From assembly GCA_963752155.1 (NCBI GenBank), contig CAVVXH010000010.1:96001-160000 (forward strand): a stretch of DNA of 64,000 bases. Direction: 5' to 3'. Source of the DNA: an uncultured Parachlamydiaceae bacterium. GTDB taxonomy: Bacteria; Chlamydiota; Chlamydiia; Chlamydiales; Parachlamydiaceae. A program made the position numbers and the translations under genes. Below are positions 10,315-20,776 of the stretch, one piece after another (position 1 is the stretch's first letter; the number at the start of each line of letters is the position of its first letter). The notes below the pieces were generated by a model. It searched no databases, was not told where the DNA came from, and saw only the letters and a program-made list of their open reading frames with translations.

Positions 10315-10389
10315 TCGGAGTAGAGGGATTCGAACCCCCGACCTACTGCTCCCAAAGCAGCCGCGCTAGCCAAGCTGCGCTATACTCCG
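10315..10389 (-). tRNA. tRNA-Pro (TGG)
   Basis: Minus strand reads CGGAGTATAGCGCAGCTTGGCTAGCGCGGCTGC-TTTGGGA-GCAGTAGGTCGGGGGTTCGAATCCCTCTACTCCGA. Canonical cloverleaf, no encoded CCA. Confidence 0.96.
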
Positions 10390-10403
10390 TGACTGTTATT
10401 GAT

Positions 10404-10563
10404 GGCCTCATTCACCTTTTGGGTCAAAAATACGGTCGACTGCGAAACGCCGACTGCATTGCTTTGCTCCTCGGCAATAGCTTAGGCTATTACCTCGTCG
10501 CAAATCACCACATTCGGCATTTCTCATCTGACCGTATTTTCGACCGAAAAGGCGAACGAGGCC
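10404..10563. repeat. ~160-bp imperfect palindrome in the tRNA-Pro leader
   Basis: GGCCTCATTCACCTTTTGGGTCAAAAATACGGTC... pairs with ...GACCGTATTTTCGACCGAAAAGGCGAACGAGGCC. The centre is AATAGC-TTAG-GCTATT. Confidence 0.75.
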
Positions 10564-10581
10564 TTATTGATTAACGACTTA

Positions 10582-10610
10582 AATGTAGCAAAAGCTAAAA
10601 TTGGATGCAA
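10582..10610 (-). promoter_or_regulatory. Putative sigma66/sigma70 promoter for tRNA-Pro
   Basis: Minus strand TTGCAT-N17-TACATT with an extended -10 TG. Confidence 0.5.
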
Positions 10611-10728
10611 TAGGAAATTGAGAAATTTTCATTTATGACTTTAGAAACAGTTTTAACAAGCTATTTTATTTATATCAATTTCCAAGGGGCCGCATTCTCT
10701 TGCATTTAAAACTCTCTCAGTTTAGCCT

Positions 10729-12129
10729 TTAATCGTTTTTAAGAATCACTTGTGGAGGATTCCATTCACCAATTAAGACTTCGTTTTTAGGCGCATAGAG
10801 TCGCATTGTAAGATTGAAAGGTCCTTTCGGTGCTGGAAGCCAATTTGTATCTTTATCAATTCTAGGGCTTTGATTAGAAATATACAAGTCTAAAGAGCCA
10901 TCCTCATTGTATTTAAAGGGCATCCAACTACTAAGTGCAAATCGATTCAAATGATTTGCCACCTGATAACCTTGTGCGTCATAAAGTGTTATCGACCAAA
11001 AGGCGTTCACAGGTGGTAAGCTTTCTTTGTCGAAATGAATTACATAACTATTTACTCCATCTAAAGGATGATTCGTATTGTCAGCTAGATTAAGAGGATA
11101 GATAGCATCTTCTGGAAGGTTAGCTCCAAGACCTTCATGCGCAATAATCGCGCGTTTCAAGTAATAATTACCATAAACTCCCATCGTGTTGGTATTCATT
11201 GACCACCCATTTTCGACTTTTGCAATAGTGGGAAGTTTTAGCTTAATGAGTTTGAGACCGGATGCAGGAGCTTGAGATAACCCTTTTTTTACAACCTCAG
11301 GAGCATTGTTTAAATCAAAATTCTTTCCTTGTTCGAATCCTATTCGTTTTAGAATGGCTAAGATAGGCTCGTCCGTTATGTGTGGAGGATGCAATTTAAG
11401 TAGTTCTGAGGCATAAGCAAAAAACTTGTCGGCGGGCATTGCGTCTACTTGCTCTTTTGGCGGGGTTTTCATATCGATACTCGAATAAATCTTAGGTATA
11501 ATTTGTGATGAATCTTTACCCCAATCGCTCAAAAGAGTAATCTTAAGACCTTCTTGAAGTTGGTGGACTGCATCATAATCTGCAGGGCCATCTGTTTTGA
11601 TTCGTCCGATGATCCATACATATGGTGTGGGAGCTATGATGGGTTCAACACTTTCAGGTAATTGCCCCTTCCAACCTTGTGGAACTATTGCGAAATGTGC
11701 TGATTTGGTGCCCGTAGTTCTCCATCCGGGCGATGCAAAAACATCTGTCCACATATCGAGTAAAGGTAAAAGATAGTATCTCTCATTAGTATCTGGGACG
11801 GATACAATTACAGGTCCTTTGGTAAGATCAAGCCAGCTGGAAGAATAGAGCGTATCGAAATTGGGTCGTACGATGACTTTCATATCTGCAGTAGGATATT
11901 CTGATATGTTGGCAAATGTATTCATTGGGCCAAATCCTGGAATTTTCCCGGATTCTACGTTAGTCATTTGTTGACGCGTGATATCCATCGTTACTAGTGG
12001 ATAAAAATAGAGATAAGCAGATAAACCGATATCGTATGCTTCCTTTTCGGAGATTTCCTTAACTTTAATTGTTGAGGCAAACAGCACCGGTATAAAGCTT
12101 AAGAAAAGACATAAAGTAGACATTTTCAT
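10729..12129 (-). CDS. Exported DUF1254/DUF1214 domain protein
   Basis: Signal peptide. RPNFDTLYSSSWLDL, PPVNAFWSITLYD and NWLPAPKGPFNLTMRLYAP motifs. Confidence 0.9.
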   Translation of the reverse strand: MKMSTLCLFLSFIPVLFASTIKVKEISEKEAYDIGLSAYLYFYPLVTMDITRQQMTNVESGKIPGFGPMNTFANISEYPTADMKVIVRPNFDTLYSSSWLDLTKGPVIVSVPDTNERYYLLPLLDMWTDVFASPGWRTTGTKSAHFAIVPQGWKGQLPESVEPIIAPTPYVWIIGRIKTDGPADYDAVHQLQEGLKITLLSDWGKDSSQIIPKIYSSIDMKTPPKEQVDAMPADKFFAYASELLKLHPPHITDEPILAILKRIGFEQGKNFDLNNAPEVVKKGLSQAPASGLKLIKLKLPTIAKVENGWSMNTNTMGVYGNYYLKRAIIAHEGLGANLPEDAIYPLNLADNTNHPLDGVNSYVIHFDKESLPPVNAFWSITLYDAQGYQVANHLNRFALSSWMPFKYNEDGSLDLYISNQSPRIDKDTNWLPAPKGPFNLTMRLYAPKNEVLIGEWNPPQVILKND

Positions 12130-12385
12130 ACTACCTCCTCACATTACTTTTTCTCATTTATTTACCATAATTTCATTAATGGAAAGGGTTTTTTTTAAGA
12201 AAAATATGTGATACAGTTATTTGAGAAAAGCATCGAAAACCACAGGTTTTTGATGATTTTTCGCAGCCAGCGTGCTATTGAGCAGAATGTGTAGGGAGAT
12301 TATGTTCGAAAGTTAGATAGAGCTTAATTTTTGGTATTCTGCTATTGTCTTATACAATCAAACATTCTTAAAAATAAGAAACACA

Positions 12386-13680
12386 ATGATTGGAAACAAG
12401 ATTGCTGAAAATGCTACAAGAGGCCTGATTAATACCCGTTCATTATTAAGAACGACGGATCCATTTAGTGGTTTACCATACGAACTACTGTGGAAAATTT
12501 TAAAGGAAATTCCAGCCCTTGGGTGCCTTGAATTGTCAACGGTTTCTAAGCATTTTAATGCAGTTTTTGAGGATGATTTATTTTGGAAGAATAAATCGAT
12601 TAAATTATATTCAAAAAAAAAGCGCTTCGCAATGCGTTCTAGATTAATTTTTTCTGTTTGCAACGAAATAGCTAAAATAAAGGGATTCATGCATGATAGT
12701 ATGGTCTCTGATTTTGATGAGCACCTTAAGCGTACAAAGTATGAACTTCTTTTTTTTGATCAGCCGGAGCCAGAACAAACTTTTAAGTTTTTGTCATATC
12801 TTTCAGAAGAAAAAGCAAGTTGTTACAGATTATGTCAACTATTAAAACATGTTAATAAAAAATTGTGGAGTAATAAAGATTTTATTATGCAAATCTTGTC
12901 TTTAAAATCTGTGAGTGATCAAATCGTAAAATACATAGACAAAGAATTTTGGAATGATAGAGAGTTTATTTTATGTGTGTTGCCCATGACGTCATGTCTA
13001 AGCAATATTGAGAAATATTTGCCGGTTCATATTTTGAAAGATAAGTCATTTATTATAAAATATGTTTCTTTAGTTGCATCGCCATTTTACATATTAGAAA
13101 GAATAAACAAAATGAATGAGAGTGACCAGTTTTGGTCTGATAGAGATTTTACTTTACAGTTAGCCCCTTATTGTCGATTGAAATGTTTGCCAAAAAGTCT
13201 TCAGTTCCTAGAAAACCAAATGAGTTAAGGATTTGGTTTTCATCAAAAGGGAATTGCTAGTATGCCGTGTATTTCCTTTGAATAAAATGTAGCCTTTTGT
13301 TAAAATAATGTATACAAAATTATGGAAGAATAAAAATTTTATAGTACGATTAGGGTCTTTAAAGAATATAAATTTTAATTTGTTTTTAAAATTCATCGAC
13401 GAAGAATGTTGGAAGGATAGAAATTTCATTTTTAAATTAATACCCTTAGTCCCAATACACCACTTATCAAGAATTTTTCTGGGTGAGCAAGCAATTAGTC
13501 ATTTATTGCAGAATGTGTTTCTTTAGCTTCTAAGAACGATGCATGGGAATTGTTAAAATGGGTTAATAGTAAAAATATTTTTGAAAAGCCAATAATGATA
13601 AAGCTAATAAATATTTATTTTTTGATTCCTGATAAGAATTGCGCAAATTGTAGGTCATCATTCAACACTAAATAGGTAGG
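12386..13680 (+). pseudogene. F-box-like / WxDxxF repeat protein, disrupted (ORF 12386-13228 plus downstream fragments)
   Basis: N-terminal FSGLPYELLWKILKEI...LSTVSKHF..V..DDLFWK and repeated (L/F)WxDxxFIL units. Similarity to the next gene continues in other frames (13308-13526, then FIAECVSLASKNDAWELLK ~ FIGEFISLASREHAYNLLK). Confidence 0.7.
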
Positions 13681-13683
13681 ACA

Positions 13684-14802
13684 ATGATTGAAATTGAAAA
13701 TTTTATGGTAAATGAATTCAGTACCACTCCTGTATCGGGGACTGAATTGGCCTTTGAATTAATTTTAAACGAGATTTCACCTTCTGAATGTCTTGCATTG
13801 TCAACGATTTCTAAGAATATCAACGCTATGATTGATAATAATTCATTTTGGTCGAAGAGATCGACTAAATTGCATCCGATAGAGGGTTTATCAATGCGTT
13901 CTCAACTCATTTTCTCTCTTTGCGTCGAGTTTTCTGTGGTGCAAAGTTTTTTAGTTGGTGGTTTAAGAGATGATTTTCAAGACTACCTACAGGGGAAAAA
14001 ACATAAACTTCTTTTTTTAGACCAATCAGATTCCTATTTCAATTTCAAGGTTTTGTCTAAAATTTCAAAGAAGGAAAGCATCAATTTTCATCGGTTAAAT
14101 CAAATTTTAAAACTAATTAATGCCGAACTGTGGAAGAAGAAAACTTTCATTTTACAAGTATTGTCTGCAGAGTCTTTATTTGGTGAAATTTTAATGTATA
14201 TTGATAAAGAACTTTGGAATGATAAAGATTTTATTTTACGTGTTTTACCTTTGGTTCCAGAATACTGTTCTATTGAGCAATTCTTGCCAAGAAATGTTTT
14301 AATTGATAAACCATTTATTATAAAATATGTTTCATTAGTTAAATCCCCGTGCCACATATTAAAAATAATAAATCAAATTAATGAATGCAAGGAATTTTGG
14401 AATGATAAAGATTTTGTTTTAGGAGTGCTTTCATATGATAATTTAATTGCTTATTTGCCTGAAAGATTTTTGAGTGATGCGAAGTTTATCGGTGAATTTA
14501 TTTCTTTAGCTTCTCGGGAGCATGCCTATAATTTGTTAAAAATTGTTACTGAAAAAATCGAAATTGAAAAATCAATCAATAAAGAATGTATATATCCTTA
14601 CGGTGAAAAGATAATGAATCTTTACTGTTTGAGGTTTAGTCATTTTGATAGCCGTTATAATGATCTGATGAGAAGACTTCAATTAGATCCTTCCAATCAT
14701 CAAATGACGGCGCTAGGAATAAGTAAACTTAATAGTGCTCAGAAAGAAATGTTCATTCAACAAATAAAGTCATCTATATGTATTGCTCATAATTTTTCTT
14801 AG
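13684..14802 (+). CDS. F-box-like / WNDKDF repeat protein (paralogue of upstream gene)
   Basis: ELAFELILNEISPSECLALSTISKNINAMIDNNSFW and repeats LWNDKDFILRVL / FWNDKDFVLGVL. Collinear with 12386-13228. Confidence 0.75.
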   Translation: MIEIENFMVNEFSTTPVSGTELAFELILNEISPSECLALSTISKNINAMIDNNSFWSKRSTKLHPIEGLSMRSQLIFSLCVEFSVVQSFLVGGLRDDFQDYLQGKKHKLLFLDQSDSYFNFKVLSKISKKESINFHRLNQILKLINAELWKKKTFILQVLSAESLFGEILMYIDKELWNDKDFILRVLPLVPEYCSIEQFLPRNVLIDKPFIIKYVSLVKSPCHILKIINQINECKEFWNDKDFVLGVLSYDNLIAYLPERFLSDAKFIGEFISLASREHAYNLLKIVTEKIEIEKSINKECIYPYGEKIMNLYCLRFSHFDSRYNDLMRRLQLDPSNHQMTALGISKLNSAQKEMFIQQIKSSICIAHNFS

Positions 14803-14822
14803 TATTTAGCGTTAGTCTACTA

Positions 14823-16010
14823 TTATTTTAAGATTTCTCCTTGCCAAAGCATCCCTAGGAAAATGTTCCAGGGCATAATTTCAATAGTCTGTCCGTTGGG
14901 TGAAATCAGTTTTCTAGACCGTGGTATATTACAGACTACAATAGCTTTTCTTGGCGTATATTCACTTTGGAAGGCTATTAGTCCATGTATGTCGTTGTTA
15001 TTGATTGTTTTGCTAATTTTAACTTCTATAGCGATTTCTGCGTTGCCAAGAATGAAATCTACTTCTAAACCGTTATTTGTTCTCCAAAAGTGAATATCGA
15101 ATTCACATTCGTTGAGAGATTTATAAGCCCATAATTCCATTAAAATATAATTTTCAAAAGCATTTCCTGCTTCTATTCCCTTTAGTTCAAGAAGTGTTCT
15201 TTTTTGGAGTTGATTTACAATACCAACATCGAAGAAGTAAAATTTTGGACTTGAGACGAGATCTTCTCGCTTAATTTTTTGTTTATAGGGATAGAGATAA
15301 TAACCTACCAGAGTATCAACAAGGATTTGGTAATATTCTTTAATTGTTTTGGAATCGACGCTACAGTCTCTAGCAATGTTTGCATAATTTAATGTTTCTC
15401 CAGCTGAAAAGGCTGCAACATCAAGAAATTGAGCAAATGATCGTAAATTTCTGACCAGACCCTCTGCCTTAATTTCTTCTTTTAAATAATCGTTAACATA
15501 GGACTTAATGGTTTTACTCCAATGCTTAGCAGAATAGTGCGAAGGGATAAGCCCATAATTTAAAGCATGTAGTAGGTTAAAATCTTTAATTTCTGGGTAG
15601 ACAAGAGGGAAGAATTCATAGCGCCACGCTCTTCCTCCTAAGAGATTAATTCCTTCTTTTTTTAATTTACGTGCACTAGAACCACACAGGATAAAGTAGG
15701 CTGAGGAATTTTCTATTAACCAATGGACTTCATCAAGTAAAATGGGGATTTTTTGAATTTCATCGATGATGATTGGATAACTTAAAGTTTCTTCATTTAG
15801 GGCTAAAATTTCTTCACGTAGTAGATGCGGAGATTTAAGTAATCGAAAATATAGATCTGTTTCAAGAAGGTCATAGTAGATTGAATTTGGGAAATGTCGT
15901 TTAAGATAAAAAGATTTTCCTGTTTTACGAGCTCCCCAAAGAAAAGTTGATTGTCCTTTTGGCAAATGCATTTGTAAATGACGTGTGTACTCAGTTTCAA
16001 GGTGTTTCAT
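14823..16010 (-). CDS. AAA_14-type ATPase with C-terminal DUF4143 (PD-(D/E)XK-like) domain
   Basis: Walker A GARKTGKS, Walker B IIIDEIQK, LCGSS, PKFYFFDVG and EVDF...IEVK motifs. Confidence 0.9.
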   Translation of the reverse strand: MKHLETEYTRHLQMHLPKGQSTFLWGARKTGKSFYLKRHFPNSIYYDLLETDLYFRLLKSPHLLREEILALNEETLSYPIIIDEIQKIPILLDEVHWLIENSSAYFILCGSSARKLKKEGINLLGGRAWRYEFFPLVYPEIKDFNLLHALNYGLIPSHYSAKHWSKTIKSYVNDYLKEEIKAEGLVRNLRSFAQFLDVAAFSAGETLNYANIARDCSVDSKTIKEYYQILVDTLVGYYLYPYKQKIKREDLVSSPKFYFFDVGIVNQLQKRTLLELKGIEAGNAFENYILMELWAYKSLNECEFDIHFWRTNNGLEVDFILGNAEIAIEVKISKTINNNDIHGLIAFQSEYTPRKAIVVCNIPRSRKLISPNGQTIEIMPWNIFLGMLWQGEILK

Positions 16011-16070
16011 AAAGAGTGCCTTTTCTAAAATATGGATCTCTACTCCAGATTTTAACGGAAAATCAGGAAT

Positions 16071-18470
16071 TTATTCCAGATATTTAGAACAAATGATCTT
16101 CTCCAATAATTTTAAAGGAGACAATGGTGGATTTTCTGCCAAACCTTGATGATAAATAACCGTGGAGGGAGTCAATGCGGGTAAGGTATTGGCTTCTATC
16201 ACGATCATTTTTTCCGAAAAGCGATTAAAGAAAATGTCTAGCCGTGCATAATTTTGGATTCCTAAGGCCTGAGCAGCTTTGATGGCTAATCGTTTAATTT
16301 TCTGAACTGCACCATCTGAAATAATCTCTTCTGGTGGTGGCGTGAGATTGATTCCGGTGCCTCCCTGAAATTTCTCCTCAACGCTAAGCACAGCCCCTTC
16401 TGCCAAAGTAATACTAGGATTTAAAGCATAGTAGATGTTTCGTTGTTCGAGAATACCGATAGTGAGTTCTATCCATCCTTGTTTTGAAAGATGTTGAATT
16501 TCTCCCTGTTTGATATTCATTTCATCAGTTTCAATATAGGGCTCTAAAATAAAGTCTCCAGACAAAGAAGAGGGCATTTCAATAGGATTTTCTTGTTTAG
16601 TGAATGTGTGGGGTGGAATAGTAGAGGATTTTTCACGTAGCAAGCAACTATAGGTCCACAAATCTTTGGCTGATTCCAATAAAGCAATCCCTGCCGAGCA
16701 TCCATCAAAACGAGGTTTAATGATGAGTTGATGTGTTTGTAAATTCTTTGTCCAGGTTTTCCAATAGGCTTCCCAATCCTCTAAGCTGTTGTTTTGAAAA
16801 TCAACAAAATTTAGGTTTTTTTTGGGCAAAGTCAGAAGATCTGGATCTTTAATTGATGCAATCGTATCTCCCGTTAATAGTTTATCCATGCATAAAGCAG
16901 AAGCAATCGAATTGGAACCATTATAGGGGATTTGATACCGTTCCAAAGCTGATTGAATGGTTCCATTTTCACCCTCTCCTCCGTGCATGGCAATGAAAAC
17001 AAAGGCTTTTTTTTCTTGTGCTTGACGAAAGAAATCATGTTGATTCATCTGTTTAGAGGGAGGTTTGGGTTGAAGAGGTATTTCTAATCTGTTGCAAATA
17101 TCTTTTAATAAATCATTCCATTGTTCGTTGTAATCGTTTTCAGAGGTACAATTGGAACAGATTTCTTCGACAGTATGATTTAGATTGTAAGCATAGGGAA
17201 GTTCCCAAATTTTGCCTTCAGGATCAAATAAAAAGGGACTAGGAGCATAGTTTTCAGATTGCAACAATTTTAGCCAGACATTAGTTCCACTCATGAGAGA
17301 GACTTGCCTTTCTGCATTGTTGTTTCCATACAGAACATAAACAGGCATTTTAGGTATAGATTCTGCAAAAACAGGTTTATGAAAAAAATGAAGACCTTGG
17401 CGGCGACAGCTATTTTTGATAAGATATTCTAATGTCTTGCGATGAGTCATTCCTAGTATTGCTGATTGCCGGAATAAAAAGCTATTTTGTTCGAGTCCAC
17501 TGATTGGATTGATGTCTGTAAAGTAGAGCATTCCTTTTTCTGTTAGCCATCCATCTAAACGTACAAAATCTTGCATTTCAAAAAGGCGATAGAGTTCTTC
17601 TGCTTGGCTACAAATCTGTTTTACTGTCGACAAAGGAAAGCGTGGGGGAGTGTGATATGTGGCTTGATTAGAAGGTAAATATTTTTTTCTATAGTCAAAA
17701 ATTTGATTGTTAGCATAGCTTAGATCAATTTCAGTAGGGATCAAGGCTACAGGATCTCCTTTAGCATTCGCAAACATGACAACTGTGAACTCTTTTCCAG
17801 TACAAAAAGTCTCAAGCAGAACTTCTTTGCAACTGTTGTTTGAAAAAATCGATTCAATACGTTCACAAGCTTCTTCAGAATTCGATACAGAATAAACGTT
17901 AATTGAAGAGCCTCCAAGAGTTGGTTTAACAACAGCACGTCGAAGCTGATGTTGTTCAAAAAAGTCTCTCACAAGCTTTGCAAGAGAAGCTTTATTCTCT
18001 GGTAAGAGGCGTATTTGAGGCAAAATAGGAAACCCATGGGCTCGCATGAATTCAGCTGCTAAATACTTGTTAAACATTTTCTTGCAACTGAGACTGCTAT
18101 GCCCAATAAAAGGGACTCCAAAAGATTCTAAAAGTTCCTGCAGTTCTCCATCTTCTCCAAAAGCCCCATGAATGACAGGAAAGACAAGATCTACGTCTTT
18201 TAGCAGTTTTTTTAGAGCTGCTTCATCTAAGAGATCTTTTGAACGATTTAATTTGAAATCAAAATCAGCAGGTGTATTGGAATAGAGTTGTGCGGGTGAA
18301 ATTAGATAAAACTGTTTACGCCAATCGACAAAAAGTGGAATAATTTCAACAGATGGACCACCTAAGTGATCCATCACTGAACGTGCAGAATTGAGGGAAA
18401 TTCCACGCTCTGGAGAGGGGCCTCCGCAAATGACTGCAAGTTTAAAAGGAACAGACGTCGTAACGCTCAT
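16071..18470 (-). CDS. ddl: Tandem (two-domain) D-alanine--D-alanine ligase family protein
   Basis: Two ATP-grasp Ddl modules: GGPSPERGISLNS...HGAFGEDG...KP..GGSS...FDYRKKY...RLD...DINPISG, and AERQVSLMSG...HGGEGENG...KP..DGCS...EEKF...ARLD...EANTLP. Confidence 0.88.
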   Translation of the reverse strand: MSVTTSVPFKLAVICGGPSPERGISLNSARSVMDHLGGPSVEIIPLFVDWRKQFYLISPAQLYSNTPADFDFKLNRSKDLLDEAALKKLLKDVDLVFPVIHGAFGEDGELQELLESFGVPFIGHSSLSCKKMFNKYLAAEFMRAHGFPILPQIRLLPENKASLAKLVRDFFEQHQLRRAVVKPTLGGSSINVYSVSNSEEACERIESIFSNNSCKEVLLETFCTGKEFTVVMFANAKGDPVALIPTEIDLSYANNQIFDYRKKYLPSNQATYHTPPRFPLSTVKQICSQAEELYRLFEMQDFVRLDGWLTEKGMLYFTDINPISGLEQNSFLFRQSAILGMTHRKTLEYLIKNSCRRQGLHFFHKPVFAESIPKMPVYVLYGNNNAERQVSLMSGTNVWLKLLQSENYAPSPFLFDPEGKIWELPYAYNLNHTVEEICSNCTSENDYNEQWNDLLKDICNRLEIPLQPKPPSKQMNQHDFFRQAQEKKAFVFIAMHGGEGENGTIQSALERYQIPYNGSNSIASALCMDKLLTGDTIASIKDPDLLTLPKKNLNFVDFQNNSLEDWEAYWKTWTKNLQTHQLIIKPRFDGCSAGIALLESAKDLWTYSCLLREKSSTIPPHTFTKQENPIEMPSSLSGDFILEPYIETDEMNIKQGEIQHLSKQGWIELTIGILEQRNIYYALNPSITLAEGAVLSVEEKFQGGTGINLTPPPEEIISDGAVQKIKRLAIKAAQALGIQNYARLDIFFNRFSEKMIVIEANTLPALTPSTVIYHQGLAENPPLSPLKLLEKIICSKYLE

Positions 18471-18483
18471 TTCCTTATACTCC

Positions 18484-19374
18484 TCATAAAGCTGAATCTA
18501 GATAATGCGGTTTGATCGGCTGCCCGGTAACAGCGTTGAAGTCAACAGTGCGCACAGAGCCATCTTGATTAAGAATGTCAATGCTGTAAATAGGTAAATA
18601 AATAGCTTCTTGCGTTCGAATCGTAAAATCTTGCCCAAAAGCAGCTTGTGAGATCTTTTCGATTTGGCTAGGAGAATAATGTCTCGAAACCTTTTGCGAA
18701 TGGTTGTAAGGTTTTGACACAATGGATTGGCTTATTTTTGTCTGAGGAGTCACTAGAAGACGTGGATTTTGGAAATGCAATTGTATTTCATTTCCCTTTT
18801 GCACGATCAAATGTTTCTCTTTAGCATTTTCAAGCCAAGAAACCAATAAATCCTCTTCCACCTGCAATTCTTTTTGCAGCTGTTCGATTGTTAATTTACC
18901 TTTGGCTTTTTCTAAGGTGTTAAGAATTTTAAAATCATTTCGATTGGCTTGTGCATTGATAGCGTCCTCAAAACCATGAGTCGTCTCCCAAGTGTGGCAG
19001 TCGATGACCATTTCGCCGTTGACTAAGCTCCAAAGAAGGGTTCCTTCTTTAGTTTTTTTATCTGGCGTACTATACTTAACATTGAAAAGGACATGGGGGT
19101 AAAAATGAAGATCAGCCTTTTGGAAGGTGCGTTCATTGTCACTTAATAGTTCTTTACGATACTGATCCATGATATTTTCAGCGGAGTATCGCACTTCGAG
19201 AGTTTTAATTTCGCCATTATCAACGTATTGTCTGATGGCTGCTTCCATGTTTGGATTTGCCTCCCAAAAGGAATAAGCGGCAAATCCAATTCCACCACAG
19301 AGAACAGCAATAATCAGTGGCTTCATTAAAGCATTTCCTCCTGTTGAGCCCTTAGATTTCTTTGATAATTTCAT
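18484..19374 (-). CDS. Conserved chlamydial hypothetical membrane-anchored protein downstream of rho
   Basis: 296-aa ORF with an N-terminal TM segment, closely spaced after rho as in Chlamydia. Confidence 0.75.
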   Translation of the reverse strand: MKLSKKSKGSTGGNALMKPLIIAVLCGGIGFAAYSFWEANPNMEAAIRQYVDNGEIKTLEVRYSAENIMDQYRKELLSDNERTFQKADLHFYPHVLFNVKYSTPDKKTKEGTLLWSLVNGEMVIDCHTWETTHGFEDAINAQANRNDFKILNTLEKAKGKLTIEQLQKELQVEEDLLVSWLENAKEKHLIVQKGNEIQLHFQNPRLLVTPQTKISQSIVSKPYNHSQKVSRHYSPSQIEKISQAAFGQDFTIRTQEAIYLPIYSIDILNQDGSVRTVDFNAVTGQPIKPHYLDSAL

Positions 19375-19387
19375 GGTACTGGTTCTC

Positions 19388-20770
19388 TTAATCTTTCATC
19401 GAAAGGAGGAATTCAACATTGCTACTTGTTTTTTTCAGGCGTCCCAGGAATAAATTCATGGCATCGCCAGGAGCTAAGTCTGCTAAGGCTTCACGTAGGA
19501 GGTAGATTTTTTCTAGCTCGTTAGGATGGTACAGCAGCTCCTCTTTTCGCGTTCCGCTCTTAATCACGTCGATAGCAGGGAAAGTTCGTCGATCCGCCAA
19601 GCGGCGATCGAGGACAAGTTCCATATTACCGGTTCCTTTGAACTCCTCGAAAATCACTTCGTCCATTCTGGAGCCTGTATCGATTAGAGCTGTCGCAATA
19701 ATCGTGAGAGAACCACCCTGTTCGATGTTTCTGGCTGCTCCGAAAAAGTGCTTTGGCTTATGAAGCGCATTCGAGTCAATACCACCTGTCAGGATCTTCC
19801 CTGAATGGGGTTGAACCGTGTTGTAAGCTCGAGCAAGTCGGGTAATGGAATCGAGCAAAATGATGACATCATTTCCATATTCGACCAATCGACGAGCCTT
19901 TTCAAGAACCATTTCAGCAATTTGAACGTGCCTTTCCGGCGGTTCATCGAAAGTTGAAGCGATGACTTCACCTTTGACGATCCGTTGCATGTCGGTGACT
20001 TCTTCAGGTCGCTCACCAATCAGCAGCATGATCAAAGTGCTTTCAGGATTGTTCGTTGCAATAGCGTTTGCAATATTTTGGAGAAGGATTGTTTTTCCGG
20101 TTTTAGGAGGAGCAACGATCAGTCCACGTTGACCTTTACCGATGGGCGCAACGAGATCGAGGACACGCATTCCAAGGCGATCTTTTGTCGTTTCCATCAC
20201 CAAGCGAGATTCAGGATAGAGCGGAGTTAAGTTTTCGAATAGAACCCGTTCTCTAGCCTTTTCAGGAGGACGACCATTGATGGTATCGACTTTAAGAAGG
20301 GCAAAATATTTTTCCTTTTCTTTCGGAGGACGGATGGTGCCGTAGAGTGTGTCCCCTTTTTTTAAGTCCAATCGTCGAATTTGTGCTGGGGATACGTAAA
20401 TGTCTTCTGCTGAAGGCAAGTAGTTATAGTAAGGAGAGCGCAAGAATCCAAAACCATCGGGAAGGATTTCTAAAACCCCTTCACCGTAAAGAACTTCATC
20501 AGGATTTTCGGAGATTGCCTTTACAACTTCGAAAACGACTTGGGACTTAGTTAGAGAGCCTAAATGTTTTAGTCCAATATTTTTGGCATATACATTCAGT
20601 TGATCAATATTCATCCGTTGAATTTCAGCAATTTTGATGATTTTCTCTGGAGGTGTAGACACGTTTGAAGTGCCGGCGTTTCTCTCATATGAGTTTCTAC
20701 GCGGTTCGGGCTGTTGTGCACCTTCATTTTCTGTTGATGAAGTCTCTGAAGAGTAATTTTCAGGATCCAT
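19388..20770 (-). CDS. rho: Transcription termination factor Rho
   Basis: [46 protein letters not shown] and [10 protein letters not shown] motifs. Confidence 0.98.
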   Translation of the reverse strand: MDPENYSSETSSTENEGAQQPEPRRNSYERNAGTSNVSTPPEKIIKIAEIQRMNIDQLNVYAKNIGLKHLGSLTKSQVVFEVVKAISENPDEVLYGEGVLEILPDGFGFLRSPYYNYLPSAEDIYVSPAQIRRLDLKKGDTLYGTIRPPKEKEKYFALLKVDTINGRPPEKARERVLFENLTPLYPESRLVMETTKDRLGMRVLDLVAPIGKGQRGLIVAPPKTGKTILLQNIANAIATNNPESTLIMLLIGERPEEVTDMQRIVKGEVIASTFDEPPERHVQIAEMVLEKARRLVEYGNDVIILLDSITRLARAYNTVQPHSGKILTGGIDSNALHKPKHFFGAARNIEQGGSLTIIATALIDTGSRMDEVIFEEFKGTGNMELVLDRRLADRRTFPAIDVIKSGTRKEELLYHPNELEKIYLLREALADLAPGDAMNLFLGRLKKTSSNVEFLLSMKD

Positions 20771-20776
20771 TATAGG

